Origin: Perkinsus chesapeaki ATCC PRA-425
Lineage: Eukaryota > Protista > Perkinsozoa
Reading direction: 5' to 3'
Length of the DNA stretch: 35,802 nt
Assembly: GCA_013115145.1 (NCBI GenBank)
Contig: JAAPAO010000365.1
Coordinates: 1-35,802 of the forward strand
In this document: one piece after another, positions 1-12,100 of the stretch
Numbering within the stretch: position 1 is the first letter of the stretch
Layout of the letters: each line of letters opens with the position of its first letter
The notes under the pieces: generated by a model
Told to the model about the DNA's origin: nothing
Seen by the model: only the letters and a program-made list of their open reading frames with translations
Databases searched by the model: none
Program-made: the position numbers and the translations under genes

Positions 1-2137
1 CGTGCTATAATCGATCAAGCTATGGGCGTCGGCGCAATGTACACTGATAGGGGGCTCTGGGGATTCCTTACACCTATGTTTGAAATCTTGGCAGTAGGTG
101 ACATCATTCTCAGTATCGCTAACGCTATGTGACATATCCCATGTCCCCGATAGGCACTATAGTAATTTGCATTCGCGTTGAATTGGCAGTGGCAATTACA
201 ATGGCAGTCTCCAATTCTTTCCTCTCTGGAGGCGTTGAATCAACTATAGCGTTGATTTATTCCTCTGTGAAATTCACTCAGCGATGGCTCGACGTAACGA
301 GAAGCATCTCTTATACACTTCTGTGACAGAAGTTCTGTCCCTTTCTTCATACTGAAACAAGGAGTGTATGTATGTATTTCCGGGCGAGTGCTGGCTGGGG
401 AGGCTTGTGCAAGGTGGTGCTAGTCGTGTTTAATGTGAGTGGCATCTATAACCTGGTTCGGTTGGCAAGCGAACTGTTCTGGTATGCGGATGGTAACAGA
501 TAAAATCTACTACGTCGTAATGACTCATCGTGTGTCCGAAACTTGGCATCGCAAGGATGTGTAAGATCGCCCAACTTCACAAGGCTTTATGCTCCGCATT
601 ATCCCATCAAAGCTGGACGTCCTGAGTAAGGTCATGGGAAAGGCTCATGTCTCACTTCCAGCAGGAATTCGCCGTGTAATCGCTCGGCCCGATCACGGCA
701 ATTCCGTGTGCCGCGACGGCAAAAACACTACTGAGAGCAATCTCCCGAAAATATTCGGGTCTCCGACATTGGCACTGCCGAATCGGCAGTACTTTACTTT
801 ATACTAGCCTACAAATGCCTTCTGATATGTTATTTGTCAAAGGCCACTGTGAGTGTTCTACAATTAAGGGGAAGTCTTGAAAGATCTCCCTGATTTACAC
901 TGGATAGTTCAAGTTGTGTTCAGAGCCTGCGAAAGCTTGGCCGCCCAGTTGTTCCTAGTCGGGGGTGACTTCAAGAACTGCTGAGAAATCGTGGTTAGCC
1001 GCGGCAGGTGGAAGACAGCGATCGCTACAGCCCCCGCTGTCTCACTACAGTACGTTCCCGCTCCGAGTGTGTGGTGCAGACCACAACATCTGGGGCACTA
1101 TTAAGCAGCACTGGTGAAAGTGCAGCCCCGGCGCTGCTATAAGGCGGTGGCTGACGGGCGAGTGCCTGCAGTTTGCAATGGTGTTAGCGTCCCTCCTAAC
1201 GAAGCTGGTGATCGATCCCAGTTCCTCGAGGTGGTCACTTGACACTCGCTTTGCTGACACGGGGGCTTCTGTCTAAACTTCTGTCTTTGAATTTTATAGC
1301 ATAGCCCTCTTTTCTGAGGCATCTGGCCGTATTGCAACAAGTCTAGCTCGCTCTTCCTGGACACGACTCCAGGCTTGCGGCATCTTTCTTGGCGAGGAGG
1401 ATGTTGAGGGCGCTCTAGCTCTACTATGCCAGTACCATCTACGGTAGGACGGACGGTTAGCCCATTCCTCCGTTAAACGAATATGCGCACCATCGAAGGA
1501 AGTTACGGCCGGGTTGGTCAGGATCTGCGGAGAGTTGAAGAAGGAAGGTCGAGGAGTAACCTCGGATGCCTTACGGATGTAACAGCGGCTTACGAACTAA
1601 CTCTTGCCATGTTCCCGCCTGCCGGCGGTTTCTGCGCGGCATTATTTACCGCGTTACCACAATCTCGTGGGACAATGCCCCTTATGGAGTAATGGAATTG
1701 CGATAATGATGCCCTTGTAGGTGTACCAGCATCCTGGCATATGCCCAATAGGCAGGGTTAAATGACCAGCGCGTCGCAGCGCCGGGAACAGCTTATGGGC
1801 AGCGCAAAGCATATGCCCTCTTCAACCACCCTCGCGCGTCGTTAGGGAATCGTCCAAGAAGGCAAGTGGTCAAGGTCTCAGTGAACATGCACGCATGCGC
1901 ACCCCACAACGACAAGTCTCGTCATTGTTGGTACATCGGACCGGACCCGAAGGCGTTGTTGAGGAGATAAACCGATGCACACATCTGCATGCGAGTTCTA
2001 TATAGCATTGGCTGTGCTAAGCACGACCGGCTTCCGCAACCTGTCCCCGGCGGCGCATATCTGAGGTCACCTTTTTGCTCCACGACGTGGATTTGGCATC
2101 CCCTGTGCCATCTTAGACTTCAGTCTCGTCTATTACC

Positions 2138-4035
2138 ATGATATCCCTACTACCAATCTTTTTTGTACTCACCCAAGCGGTTCCCCTCCAGTGGCAAGCA
2201 ATCGATAACGGTGGAGGCCCCGGGGCCCGAGATCGGCCAGCTATCGGCTACGACCCTCTACGTAAGTCAACCGCCCCTTTCCCATATGCACGCCTGCTTT
2301 GGTAGGTAATAACCTTGTTTCGTTTGGTGGCCGTTCGGGAGCGACACTTCACCAGGACACTTGGTACTTCAACCTAGATTCCGGAACTTGGACGCAAGTC
2401 AACGCCAGAAACCCTCCCCCGGCCCGCTATGATGCCATTTCTGGTAGAGTCACCCAGAAGCTGATCCCCAGAACTGATGCGGTAGTTGTTAGGTTTCGAC
2501 GAGTTCACAGGGCTCTTCGTCATGTCAACCGGTGACGCAAACCCTATCTTCTTCAATGACATTTGGGTGCTGGTGGACTACAGCACTCCCAACGCGCAGT
2601 GGATCAGAGTCGATGCGAACTCGACACTCACATTCGAGCCAAGGTGATCTATTTTCTCAGCTTTAATGTAGCTCACCACCACAGATATGGCTGTGGTGGT
2701 GGCATGGCCAAGGACGGCTACTTCTACATCAGTCTGGGATTCGGCGGACAGCGCCGTTTCTCCGACACGTACCGTTTCCAGATCCGGTCCGCATCGGATG
2801 GCTCCTGGGAGAAGGTAAGTAGAATCTTAGTATGCCCGAAACCGTGGGATATGATCTCTCAGGTCGCCGACGGTTACCAATATGCCATCGATGAGCCACA
2901 TGCTCGTTGTCTCGTCGGTAATGCTATCATCCCCGACACCTCCCGCGGCAAGTTCATGATGTATGGTGGATGCGCCAATGGCTTCACAGTGGGCGGCCCT
3001 TGCCCAGCCTACGATACGTGGCTTTTGGACAGTTCCAGCAATTGGAAGCGTCAAGCTGACGGGCCCATACCGACCGTCTTTGGTGACATGGCGGCCTGGG
3101 GTATGAATCATGTGATGATGTATGGTGGAAGTGAAGCCAGTCAAGTGATATCAATCACGAAGCAAAGCCCAGCTGATGTTCATATGCTTGATATTACCAC
3201 TAACAAGTGGACAAGTTATGTAGCTACACTTCCTTCCGGCATACCCAGCCTTACGACGTCATCGCCTGCAGTTGCCTTACACCGACTAGTGCCAATCTCC
3301 ACAAACCCGCCATCGGTGCTGCTATTCGGTGGTCGAATCAACGGTCACGTATTAATGCTTACTGGAGCCCTCAATGACACTCCAACATCTAGTGGGTGGT
3401 TCTACCTCTCTTGGATTTGGCTGCATGGTATTTTCATGTTCGCTGGGTGGGGGTTGTGCCTTCCAATCGGCGCCTTCATCTTTCGCTACTTTCGTCACGC
3501 CAACTTCGCATGGCCAGCTCATCTTGCCTTGCAGACCATGGGGTTGGCATTCAGCATTGTTGGCTTCATCGCATCCTTCTATACTGGCGGTACATTCGAC
3601 TTTGCTCATGCTTATATTGGTATTATAGTTTTCATTCTTGGTTGCCTACAGCCTATTAACGCCGCGTTCAGATGCCATCCTCGAGGACGAAATTTCCTCT
3701 GTAAGATTGACTACGGCAAGAGGTACATCTTCAATGCGATCCATCAGATCGGTGGTAGGGCAGCCATTATTCTTGGTATCGTCAATATTATGCTGGGCAT
3801 TCCCCTAGCCCAATTGCGAGCCGGTTGGCTAATAGGAGTCGGCGTCTGGTTCTTGGTCTTCATCTTGGCTCACTTTGTGTGCGAGCTGCTCCGCTGGATG
3901 GGTATTCTGCCTCGCATCCCTCGAAGCTATAATGAACTATATTTGCCTGGCCCATTCAAGAAGCTCCACACTAATGCCCATCGTGATGAGGATCTTATCG
4001 CCGAGCAAATAGACCCGTCAATGGCTAAAAACTGA
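2138..4035 (+). CDS. Secreted kelch-repeat beta-propeller fused to a C-terminal cytochrome b561 (FRRS1/CYBDOM-like) domain; 5 exons
   Basis: Spliced ORF with GT-AG introns 2262-2305, 2444-2492, 2644-2684, 2815-2862. N-terminus MISLLPIFFVLTQA looks like a signal peptide. Kelch GG..W repeats (FGGRSG..DTWYF..W; YGG..DTWLL..W; LFGGR). C-terminal TM helices with four His in b561 spacing (WLHGIFM, PAHLALQ, FAHAYIG, AIHQIGGR). Confidence 0.9.
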
Positions 4036-6360
4036 ACCAAGTGCTGAAAATAGTCCTGTATGCTGTCTAATGTAATTGATGTTGATTAAATACTGTTGGC
4101 GGATTTTTTATCTAAGCGGCCGGCCGCCCAAGCGAGTCAATGTTAGTCTTAGAGAACAACAACTATAATCGAGCCGAAGGAGTATGGATGCTTTCAACGC
4201 AACCTTCTTTATTATTTGCATGCTGTCGCGTTCAAGTCTACTTCAAATGTCATGATGGCACAACCTACTGAATGCAATACAAACGAGATAGTACGATCAT
4301 ATTAAACGAGATCAAATAAGAAATCCTGCCAACACTTCAGCCATGAGATCGATGCTTCCCATATTCGGTGGTTCCAGTTGTTTCCAGGGACCTTAGGAAA
4401 TACCAAACGCATGTGGACGTCAGTATCTGGTCACTGGCATAGATCACACCTCAATAAACACTCATAGATGGATCGTGTTCGGGCACTGTTGCTCATGGCA
4501 ATGCCATGAGCCTAAAGAAGGGGAAGTGAAGTCCAACTTAGTGCCATGACTTCAACCACTAGCTAAAGTGTGATAAAGGGGCGAGCGTTATAATACACTC
4601 TCATAACCGGCTATGAGCATTCATCACCATGGTTGCTATCTGCTAGGCTCGGATAGGCTTCGAGTCGTAACCTGTACTTGGCACAGTGGCCCGAATAGTT
4701 AATGCATTAATCGCTTGGTTTCCATTATCAACAGTGTCGAGGCCGTCCAGGTGAATACACCCCGCGTCGCGCCTCGCACGTACCTGGACACTCTTTCGGT
4801 GGGATACAGCAAGTCAAGGCAAAACCACCCGAAAGAGTATTCGACTGGACCAACAACAGTTACCGATTGCTGCCTGTTGGTGATATCAGCCTACTAGCCA
4901 TCAGATTTGAGGTCATCAACGAACTGCTCCAATGAATTCATGAAGTGCGCCAGCTGGGCAAAGGCCCGACTCGCTCGCTCGTGTTGCGGTACGGCTTCGG
5001 GCTGATTATGGACGGAACCGTGAACCGAGGCTTCGTCTTCTTCTAACTCAACACTAGCTCTGCCAGATGGATGATCGCTCATTTAGTGCTTGTAGTGATA
5101 ATGGTTGACCGAGCAACAAGAACAGTAAAAAACCCCTAAGTATAAAGCGTTCTCAAAGCCTCATACAAGGTATCATAGCTAATCGTCAACAACTAATCGG
5201 TCACATCACATACAGCTAGTCTTGTAATCTTGGGGTTCCTACACGGAACGACTGTTTACTAACATAAAGTCTGATAACGATTTACTGGCATCAAAACGCC
5301 ATCAATCACTTTTCTAATCTGATCGTAACTATAAATAATAAGGTATTAGCTCTATACCATTAGCTAACATCTCCATAAAATCCGTAAAATCACTACAGCT
5401 CGCCCGACCTACCACATTGAACGATTTGTGACACAGGCATGGAATCCCCCCGGGTGAACTGGGGCGACTCAATCAACCATCTGAAGCAGTTTCGGCGGTT
5501 TAGTCGTGGTTGCGTTCGCCGAAGCGGCGGGTGGTCGTTGAGACAAATCAGAGGAGAGTCATAGCCAAAATGATTTTGGCAAAATCTGGTCATAGCTGTC
5601 TGAGACGCGTGACGCGGGCAAGGATAGGCTCTACCAGGGGATTTCTGCTCACAGGAGTGTTCCTCTCAAGCACTAGCAGGTAGGAATAATGAGCCGCTAT
5701 CCGTCCCTACTGTTGTAATTTACAACTTGTCATCATTATTTGGCTTCAAGCTCGACCTTTCAGTGATGAAATTCTGCCTCAAAGCATCCGCGTTCTCATG
5801 CCCGCGACGCGGCCAAACTGCCAAATGCGAAAGAGAGCGCGATAAGATAATCTCAGGGGCTTAATTTAGCCTAGTTGGGGCAATCCCAGCACAGGTGAAA
5901 CTCAAGGTCACACAACGGCTATCAGGGGCCGACTTTCGCTGCCGAATAGCCCCCTTTTCGTGAAACATTCTACAGGCGGCGCGTGCACACATTCAATGTG
6001 CCACATCGGGGTACCCACGGACCAGAACGACGCTGGCCTGTCTCTCCTGAGTAGGAAATATCCTGGAGCTAATGCCTGTCCTGCAGTTCCCCATTCGCAG
6101 GGATAGGATATAGAATACAACGAGTTGGAAATGACAATTACTGGTTCATCGTTCGGCTCAGCCGTACTCTTACTGAAAATCGTACGCATACACACTACTC
6201 GCGGCGTCACTGCCAGGCTGCAAGAAGTGGCAGATTCTCCCGCTATTTACCCTTCGGGAGTCCTTGAGCTCAGTAGGTCCCGATTCGGGACCTCCTGAAC
6301 TCAAGGTCGTCTCCGAGCGGACTCCTGTCAGGTTTATTTCGTATCTTTTCGCGTATCCAC

Positions 6361-6831
6361 ATGATCAACCGCATCATAACCGTTCTGGTAATGCTCGCCG
6401 CTGCAGCTGGTGATCTTTTCGACACCCTTCCAAGGAAGTACTGTATCGACATCACCGTTAAGCGTTTATTCATTGACTGGCAAACTCGTCATGAGGTCTA
6501 TTTTTGGAAAGAGGTGTATATGGAGTACCGACAACTCAATTCCCGCAAGTGTATCCCTTTTTGGTGGGAGAAACGCACTCTGAAGGAGGTTAAGATGCTC
6601 TACAATCGCTGCTATGACGCTCCTCAGCCATATGTTGCTGACCGTAACCTTACAAACTTCTACTTCACCAAGAATGAGTTCGCCGCTATGCGTCATTATG
6701 ATGAAGATGATACTCTACAGTTCGTGATCAACGGCGAGCTTCGCAAACTGAGGAGATGCAAAATAGCATGGGAGCCTCTTCTCCCAAGCAATGCTATAAC
6801 TACTTATAGCCCCAAGCTGAGGGACAACTAA
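6361..6831 (+). CDS. Hypothetical secreted protein, 156 aa, intronless
   Basis: Hydrophobic N-terminus MINRIITVLVMLAAAAG-DLF with an AxA-like cleavage site; 4 Cys; aromatic-rich beta-strand pattern. No recognised family. Confidence 0.7.
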   Translation: MINRIITVLVMLAAAAGDLFDTLPRKYCIDITVKRLFIDWQTRHEVYFWKEVYMEYRQLNSRKCIPFWWEKRTLKEVKMLYNRCYDAPQPYVADRNLTNFYFTKNEFAAMRHYDEDDTLQFVINGELRKLRRCKIAWEPLLPSNAITTYSPKLRDN

Positions 6832-7275
6832 GATTCTCCCTGGATGCGAACGTTCAGTTCGCACTGGAGGAGCGAGGTGGCAGCTGCATCTTTTCCGTGG
6901 CTCGCTGCTCAGCGATATCTTCGCCTTTTAGTCAGCTTATTGTTATCATCTTTACTGATGAACATTTCCCTTCTTTATTTCTTAACCACCTCTATCAAAG
7001 TTCTCTTGTTGAGTTGTCAATATCCCAAATTGCCTGCCCGGTACCGTACAATACGGTCCGCACTCAACGCCCAAGAACCACGCCGCGGCGTGGCTAGCAC
7101 CACACTCGGTGCTTTTCAATAAAAAGGCTTTTCAATAAAAAGTTTTTAAGATCAGCGGTGGAGACCACACTGCAGAAACGGCCCGTTCCTCGAAGCTACA
7201 GGTGTTAGCATACAACTAAAGTAACACAACACTCCCAACGATGCAAACTCGGCATCACCTTCGAGTACATGCTAT

Positions 7276-8469
7276 CTAGCTCCGCTTGTCAACCTTCACA
7301 CGAAGAGAAACAAAACCCATCTTGTTCACACATGCCTCATCGAAGAGGTCAACTTCAACACATCTTTCTTCACAATCATAGTCGTCATCTTCGATCAAAA
7401 GCTCCTCGGTGCCACCAACGACTTTGTTATCACCGCACACTACGAACACCGCAAAACTCGTGAAGGGCTCATCACGTTCGATAACTACACTCTTCGAGCG
7501 GAGCTCGACCGAATCTGCCACTCGAGACATGGAGGCCCGTCTGGTCGGATTGTTGAACAGAATGTCGAGTGGGTGCTCGCCGTCCAGACATAGCAACGGC
7601 CACATGCCCTTCAGAGGAGCAAAGTTCTTCCGATGAAGGCCAATCTCCAGCGGCGTCACCGTTAAGCAGTACGTAGTTCCTTCTGCGCAAATAGCTGTTT
7701 CCGCATAACCAAGAGGGTGCCCTCGAATGTCCTTGAAGAATACCCGCCCTCCAGATTTAAAAGTGTCGCTTAGGCCTACCACGGCTGATCGATCAAGAAT
7801 TGCTACTCGATAGCTTTCAGCTTCACCACAGACCATACGGTAGCGTTGTAAAGGGTTAAGGAGGTTCAATCGCTGAGACCATCGACAGGGAAGCTGCGCA
7901 GCATCTCGATAGTACTCCCCTCCACGAACGAGTAAAAACGCCAGACGGCTTCCGTTCAAGTTGACCTCGACGTTTCGTATAACAACCGAAACAGATTGCT
8001 CGCTCCGATCTGGTAGAGCATTCTCTTTGGGTAGTGAGGCTCCAGAGAACAGAGGTCGACCAACGGCCACAGGTAAGCACCGTCGGGCATCCTTAGAGCC
8101 GGTAGAGAGATGACCGATCGTATCAAACAGCGCGACAAGAGCTTTCGTGCGTTTGCGTTCATAAGCCTGGCATGCCGAAAGTGCTTCGAGGCAATTCGTT
8201 GGGGAGGGGGAAGGGCGAGCTTGCGCCGGTGTAGCATCCTCTTGCTTGGCGTATTCGGCCAAAGCCAGTAAAAACTCATCACCGTCGATCTTCTTTTCTT
8301 TTTTCGCAGGGTTCTTTCGCGTGCGCAACCGTGGAACCCTGGCGTGAGGCTGGGGTATCCTTGAGGAGGTATCTTTCGGGTGCTGCGGTATAACAAGACT
8401 TCTTAGTTCTTCTTCAAGCTGATGCTCTAACACCGACAGGGATGACAGGGAGGCATTGAGGGAAGCCAT
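7276..8469 (-). CDS. Hypothetical protein (about 397 aa) with a disordered N-terminus and a beta-rich, possibly C2-like C-terminal region
   Basis: Long uninterrupted ORF. The likely ATG (MASLNASLSS) follows a pyrimidine tract and AG (ttctttcag). C-terminal alternating-hydrophobic strands such as FAVFVVCGDNKVVGGTE..VEVDLFD..MGFVSLRVKV resemble C2 strands; the fold call is tentative. Confidence 0.7.
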   Translation of the reverse strand: MASLNASLSSLSVLEHQLEEELRSLVIPQHPKDTSSRIPQPHARVPRLRTRKNPAKKEKKIDGDEFLLALAEYAKQEDATPAQARPSPSPTNCLEALSACQAYERKRTKALVALFDTIGHLSTGSKDARRCLPVAVGRPLFSGASLPKENALPDRSEQSVSVVIRNVEVNLNGSRLAFLLVRGGEYYRDAAQLPCRWSQRLNLLNPLQRYRMVCGEAESYRVAILDRSAVVGLSDTFKSGGRVFFKDIRGHPLGYAETAICAEGTTYCLTVTPLEIGLHRKNFAPLKGMWPLLCLDGEHPLDILFNNPTRRASMSRVADSVELRSKSVVIERDEPFTSFAVFVVCGDNKVVGGTEELLIEDDDYDCEERCVEVDLFDEACVNKMGFVSLRVKVDKRS

Positions 8470-9123
8470 GCAGAAAAAATCTCGATATGATATCTGAAAG
8501 AACACGTAGTGGTGGAGAAATGCGCACAATTCCCTCCAAGTTTCCCTCCCTTGCCGGCCGATTGAAACTGTCCTTAATAACGAGCAAATACATGATACAG
8601 CAATCACGTCTTCCTGCTCTAAGGCTACTGGCCTTAATCGTCATCAACTGCTCCTTCTTCCTCGGGCCTCGAAACCCTCGACGAGTCTTGACGGCACAGT
8701 AGTAGACTGTGTGTCTACACTATGCCATACACAGTATGGACAGTACAATGCACGATAATATACATACACAATATAGACTGTGTATAAGCGGTCTCAGTCC
8801 AATGCATATTCACAATAATAAACGTGAACATCTTACTCCCACTTGTTCAAGAAGTGTGCCGGTGTAGTGGCATACTCGCCAGCGCCCGGCCGAGCAATGG
8901 GGGAAAAACCAGGCGATGATTTCCTTGAATTTGTCCCTGCCGCAAAAGTACTGCAAATTGACAACCAAATCCATCTTTAGGATGCAAGTATGATAGCATA
9001 GGTTAGAGCTTTATTAGATTCAGAAACCGATTGAGAAACTGATACGATTTCCCGGGACAATCAGCCGGGAAGTCGAATGAATGTGAAACTACTTCTAGGC
9101 GATGGAATAATGACGGCGAGTGC

Positions 9124-12100
9124 TCAATAAAGAGCATCATCGCTATCTGACAGGATGGACTCTCGATCGCACTCGAGAGAAGATTCGCTCGATTCGATTG
9201 AGGGGACCTTCGAAGAGTGTGTTGCCCCGCCCCACGGACAAGGATCTTGATCGGCATCCGCTGGTGAAAATCGGTAAATCTTTTGGCGAGACGACACCTT
9301 CTGCAACCGACTAGTAGGTGGCGGCGGTTGTGGGACCTATAAAATGAGGTCACCAGGGATTGAACCCGGGACCTTTCGATTGCTCACCTCAGCATGGACA
9401 TGAACGGGCGCCGTTGGAATGTAATGTTTATACCTGAGAATCTTCGCTCGCCAGAATCCTCCGAAAAATCGACCTACTCTGGATACCACATTTTCGACTT
9501 CACAAAGACTTCCGCATCCAGTGGCGTCGGAATTCTCGTCAGGCCCCTGCAGGAAAACAAACGACTGTGCCAATTTCGCGGCGCGTGACTTACTTCTTGG
9601 ACCCGTAGATAACACACTGAGCAGCAACCTTGCATGCCACCTCGCGCATTTTCGACATCGGCGGGAGAAGCGTGCGAGTCTTCATTTCTTCGACTGTGAC
9701 CATCGATGCGATCGTTCCTGATGAAGAACTCAATTCCACCAATACGTGAGCTCATCTTATCATACTCGCCGCTATATAGAACAGTTGGTTCGGTATGACC
9801 GCCAAGTTGCCTGCTGTTGCCGCTAGACCGATGCCGGGGAAGACATACCTACACAGTACGGCAGCCTTAGAACATCTGTTAATTGCCAACGCGCATCCAC
9901 TCTGGAAACGTTACGGAAATCGACTCCACGTTGGTCCCTAAAATATGTCGGCGACTACCACTGTAGGAGGGAGAGGGAGTTCAGTGAGAGTTACGTTAGC
10001 CCCGGCGGCTACGAAAGGTCCTTTGCATTCCAAGTCGGACTGATGAGCAGATGTAATGTAATTTCTATAACTTAACCACGCTTCGTCCCTAGAGAAATGT
10101 TCACAGGCTGAAATGACACTCTAGCTGAAATCACAATCGATCACGCGGTACGGCAATCAACCTCCTAAGAATCTTACATGTTACTGGCTTGAGCAGGTAT
10201 ATAGTGCTCATCTGTCTCCGGGAATGCATGAGAGCTGAGCTTATACGATTTCCCGCTCGGAACGTCTGAGGTCAAAAGATACTCTTCACTTTCTCAACCG
10301 GCCTTACGGTATGCTGGCATCGGACTTCCCGAGGCAAAGAGGCATTTGCCGTCGGTCGCGCGATAGGCCTCCTCTGCCGTGCACTCACAGCAGTTGGTCG
10401 GGTTTGACAGACTGAAGACAATCGGATACTCGCAATTCTCGTTCATAGCCTTCAGGAGCTCGGAGGAGAAGAGACCACTCTTGGCGGAGACGCTGAAAAG
10501 GAGCGCAACATGACCTATTCGGTATCTTCAAGCTTCAACCTAAGATACTCAGGTCAAATATTCTCACCCTATCAAAACAGTCGGTTTAACTTCTTTCACC
10601 ACAGAAAGGAGATCGTTCTTTCCACATTTCATAGGCGGCTGGACATAATGCACTCTGTACCTGAACGGACAAAAATGATTTTGTCTTAGCGGAGCGACGC
10701 GAGTTTTTCTCACTTTGCTCGTCCTTTGGCCATTTCGTACTCCTTCTGTCGATCAGTGCTGACAAGCCCCTTCGAATCAACCAGCCAAATTCGCGATTCT
10801 ACAGTGAATAAAACGTGACTCAAAAATCGTCACTCGCCACAAAAATCTTACTGGCTTCTTCCAAAGGGATTCCCTCTTGTGCCAAGGCCTCGCAAATGAG
10901 TCGGACGATACCAATTGCCGCACCACCAGAGCCAGCGAAGACCTAACGAAATCGATCGCTTGATCGATTAGCAGCATGGAGACTTACAAATCTTTGACCA
11001 TCAAGGGAGTATCTTTTCTTGCCGAGCTCGGCTTGACTGGTGGTCCTGTTAAGTCGGGTGGCACCTTTATCCTGCGCTTGCAGGTAAGCGCGCGTCTGAC
11101 AAGGTCAGAAGATTCTGACACCTCTAGCTGTGAATAACCCACCCTGAGGCCTGCCAATATAGCTCCCAAGACGACGCCTGCTGTTCCCTGAACATCATCA
11201 TTAAATGTGCCTAAGCAACCTTTTCATGCAGACGACCCAGGTTCGATCCCGGCACCCTACGTATTGAAGCCGAATAACTATCCAAGATCATAAAGGCATT
11301 CGGCTGGCTGAAATCTTCCCACTGAATCACAGCGTTCGGCCACCGCGTCAGCACCGCCGAAACAAACTCATCAATCATGGCAAAGTAGTCGGTGCTCTTC
11401 AGTCGCCTCTGGTGCTCGCCGATATAAAGCGGGTCGTTGAGCAAATCCTCGTTGTCTGTTCCGACATCGAGAATACAAGGCAAAACCCGCGCAGGGTTGA
11501 GGCCCGCACAAGCCACATACAAAGATACTTTACCAACCGAGACACCCATACCGTTAGCACCAAGATCGCCAAGACTAAGAATACGGCTGCCGTCGGTAAC
11601 AACCTAAGGTAAGCTCAAGTTGAGCTAAAGATACGCTTAGAAAGGGATCTTTTACCACTAGGTCGACCTCTTCATTCGGGCAGTTGTAGACGACCTCCTT
11701 GAAATGGCCTTTATCGCTGTATGTGAAGTAGAGGCCCCTCGAGATTCGCCAGACACTCCCATATTGTTTGCACCTAAGGCGTCGGATTTTTACGATTTTT
11801 CCATCAGAAATGCCAACGATATAACTCTGAAGTTTTACAGGATGCAACAGAAAGGAACGCTAATATGTTTGCATCAAGAACGTCGAAGGTCTCCTTCCGA
11901 AGGAGTCAAAAGAGAATCGACGACGACCCAGCGCGCCTATCGTACGGGTATGCTTTGATGGCGAAAAAATTCTTAGGAAAAACTAACTACACTATCCGAT
12001 GGAGAAATCTACAGGGATTCAGAATATATATGTCACACCGTTTGAGGCATTTTCCTACAAGGTAGTTAATCAGTGATATCACTTATCGATTTTAGCGTCA

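Noticed and set aside
900-1400. Possible gag zinc-knuckle remnant (GLCYKIQRQ..) on the minus strand
   Set aside because: The CCHC residues are not preserved and there is no supporting protease or RT motif; 1-2100 is left unannotated.
4894-5082. 62-aa minus-strand ORF as the first exon of a gene
   Set aside because: It looks protein-like, but no consistent downstream splice path or domain could be established.
5393-5593. HNH or zinc-finger-like ORF
   Set aside because: Cys/His spacing does not fit HNH or known zinc fingers.
7111-7142. 16-nt direct duplication GCTTTTCAATAAAAAG
   Set aside because: Simple local slippage in a spacer between convergent genes; no element structure.
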